From: Promethearchaeati archaeon
GTDB taxonomy: Archaea; Asgardarchaeota; Heimdallarchaeia; JABLTI01
Reading direction: 5' to 3'
Assembly (NCBI GenBank): GCA_013166835.1
Contig: JABLTI010000067.1
Location: forward strand, 1-15,297
DNA: 15,297 nt
Both the position numbers and the translations under genes were made by a program. The notes under the pieces were generated by a model. The model ran no database searches and had not been told where the DNA came from. It saw only the letters and a program-made list of their open reading frames with translations. Shown here piece after piece: positions 14,493 through 15,297 of the stretch (positions are counted from its first letter, which is position 1; each line of letters begins with the position of its first letter).

Positions 14493-15188
14493 TTAATCTT
14501 CAAATATCTTGTAGTTATATTCAATCCAAGCTTTTTTCATATCAGGATTTTTATTAAGGTACGAATCAACAAGCTCTTTTGGTACCTGATTAAAAGGACA
14601 TGAGAAGTTAACACACTTAATGCAGATGCGAGTAAACAAGAAGGTGAAACTGAAAATAACACCAATAACAGAGACACCAAGCAACACTAGAAGAGTAATG
14701 AAGAATGTTGTTTCGGCAGGTAAATTGGAAGCTATCCTAACAATACTTGGAATTTGTCCAGCGAGGGGAAGAGTACCAAATAAGACAAAACCAATGATTA
14801 GAAGCACTCGCTCAAACAAATTCATAGGTTCAGGATGATAACGATAAAATCTTATGAAACCGTGATTTGCAAGGCAATGAAGCATAACACCTTCCCTTGA
14901 ATAATAAGGACAATGACTGCACAAAATGCGAGTTTCCACAATAAAGAAGACAGTGAAATATCCGAGAAGTACTCCTATTGGCCACCAAATGCCAGTGAAA
15001 ACTCCACCAACGATAACAGAACCAAAAGTAATCAAAAGAGCAGGACTCATGGAATACAGAAACCTAATAACGTGTTTTCGATCCCAACGACAATCTAACT
15101 GAGTCTTATTTGAACAATCTTGACAATTAGATTCATCTTGCCAAGTGCAACAAGGTGTATAAGTTTTCTTTTGGTGAATTTCTGTAAT
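14493..15188 (-). CDS. Cys-rich integral membrane protein of unknown function; start probably upstream of the annotated ATG (15050), candidate ATT at 15188
   Basis: The frame stays open to 15209 and encodes CCTWQDESNCQDC...LDCRW before the first TM. Further motifs are LCSHCPYY, HCLANHG and CIKCVNFSCPFNQVP. GGAG lies 10 nt upstream of ATT 15188. The 3' part is solid; the start is uncertain. Confidence 0.7.
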   Translation of the reverse strand: MTEIHQKKTYTPCCTWQDESNCQDCSNKTQLDCRWDRKHVIRFLYSMSPALLITFGSVIVGGVFTGIWWPIGVLLGYFTVFFIVETRILCSHCPYYSREGVMLHCLANHGFIRFYRYHPEPMNLFERVLLIIGFVLFGTLPLAGQIPSIVRIASNLPAETTFFITLLVLLGVSVIGVIFSFTFLFTRICIKCVNFSCPFNQVPKELVDSYLNKNPDMKKAWIEYNYKIFED

Positions 15189-15297
15189 TCTATTTCGACT
15201 CCAAAATTCTCATTGCGTTCATTCTTATAATAATTTATCTAGTTAGATGTTCTAATGGAACAGTTAATTTATCTAATTCAAGTTGCTTGTTGCATTT

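Noticed and set aside
10866-15098. ORFs 10866..11081(-), 11693..11884(+), 14620..14838(+) and 14913..15098(+)
   Set aside because: They are antisense shadows of longer, better-supported CDSs.
1-15297. CRISPR arrays, tRNA/rRNA genes, transposases or integrases
   Set aside because: I saw no regularly spaced repeats, cloverleaf or rRNA-like segments, or mobile-element ORFs.

Overview
AT-rich window, probably archaeal and possibly Asgard. That placement is an inference from the gene content and the GGTGA/GGAG ribosome-binding motifs, and is not verified. The left ~10 kb is an anaerobic redox locus. A large HdrA with a GltD/NfnB-type Fe-S insert (HdrL-like, 1068 to <1, minus strand, absent from the ORF track) is transcribed divergently from two paralogous 16-Cys proteins, each built of a duplicated uncharacterised metal-binding domain. 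These are followed by a tightly coupled operon: NuoE/HydC-like, NuoF/HydB-like, a NuoG/HydA-N-like subunit with no catalytic site, NfnA and NfnB. The operon ends in a strong hairpin. The locus therefore combines three flavin-based electron-bifurcation families (HdrA, HydABC/Bfu, NfnAB). The right part encodes a small membrane protein and a DegV/FakB-family protein. On the minus strand it encodes a membrane-tethered winged-HTH regulator, an acidic surface protein with five PepSY-like repeats preceded by related palindromes, and a Cys-rich membrane protein whose Cys-rich N-terminus lacks a canonical start codon. I found no RNA genes, CRISPR arrays or mobile elements.
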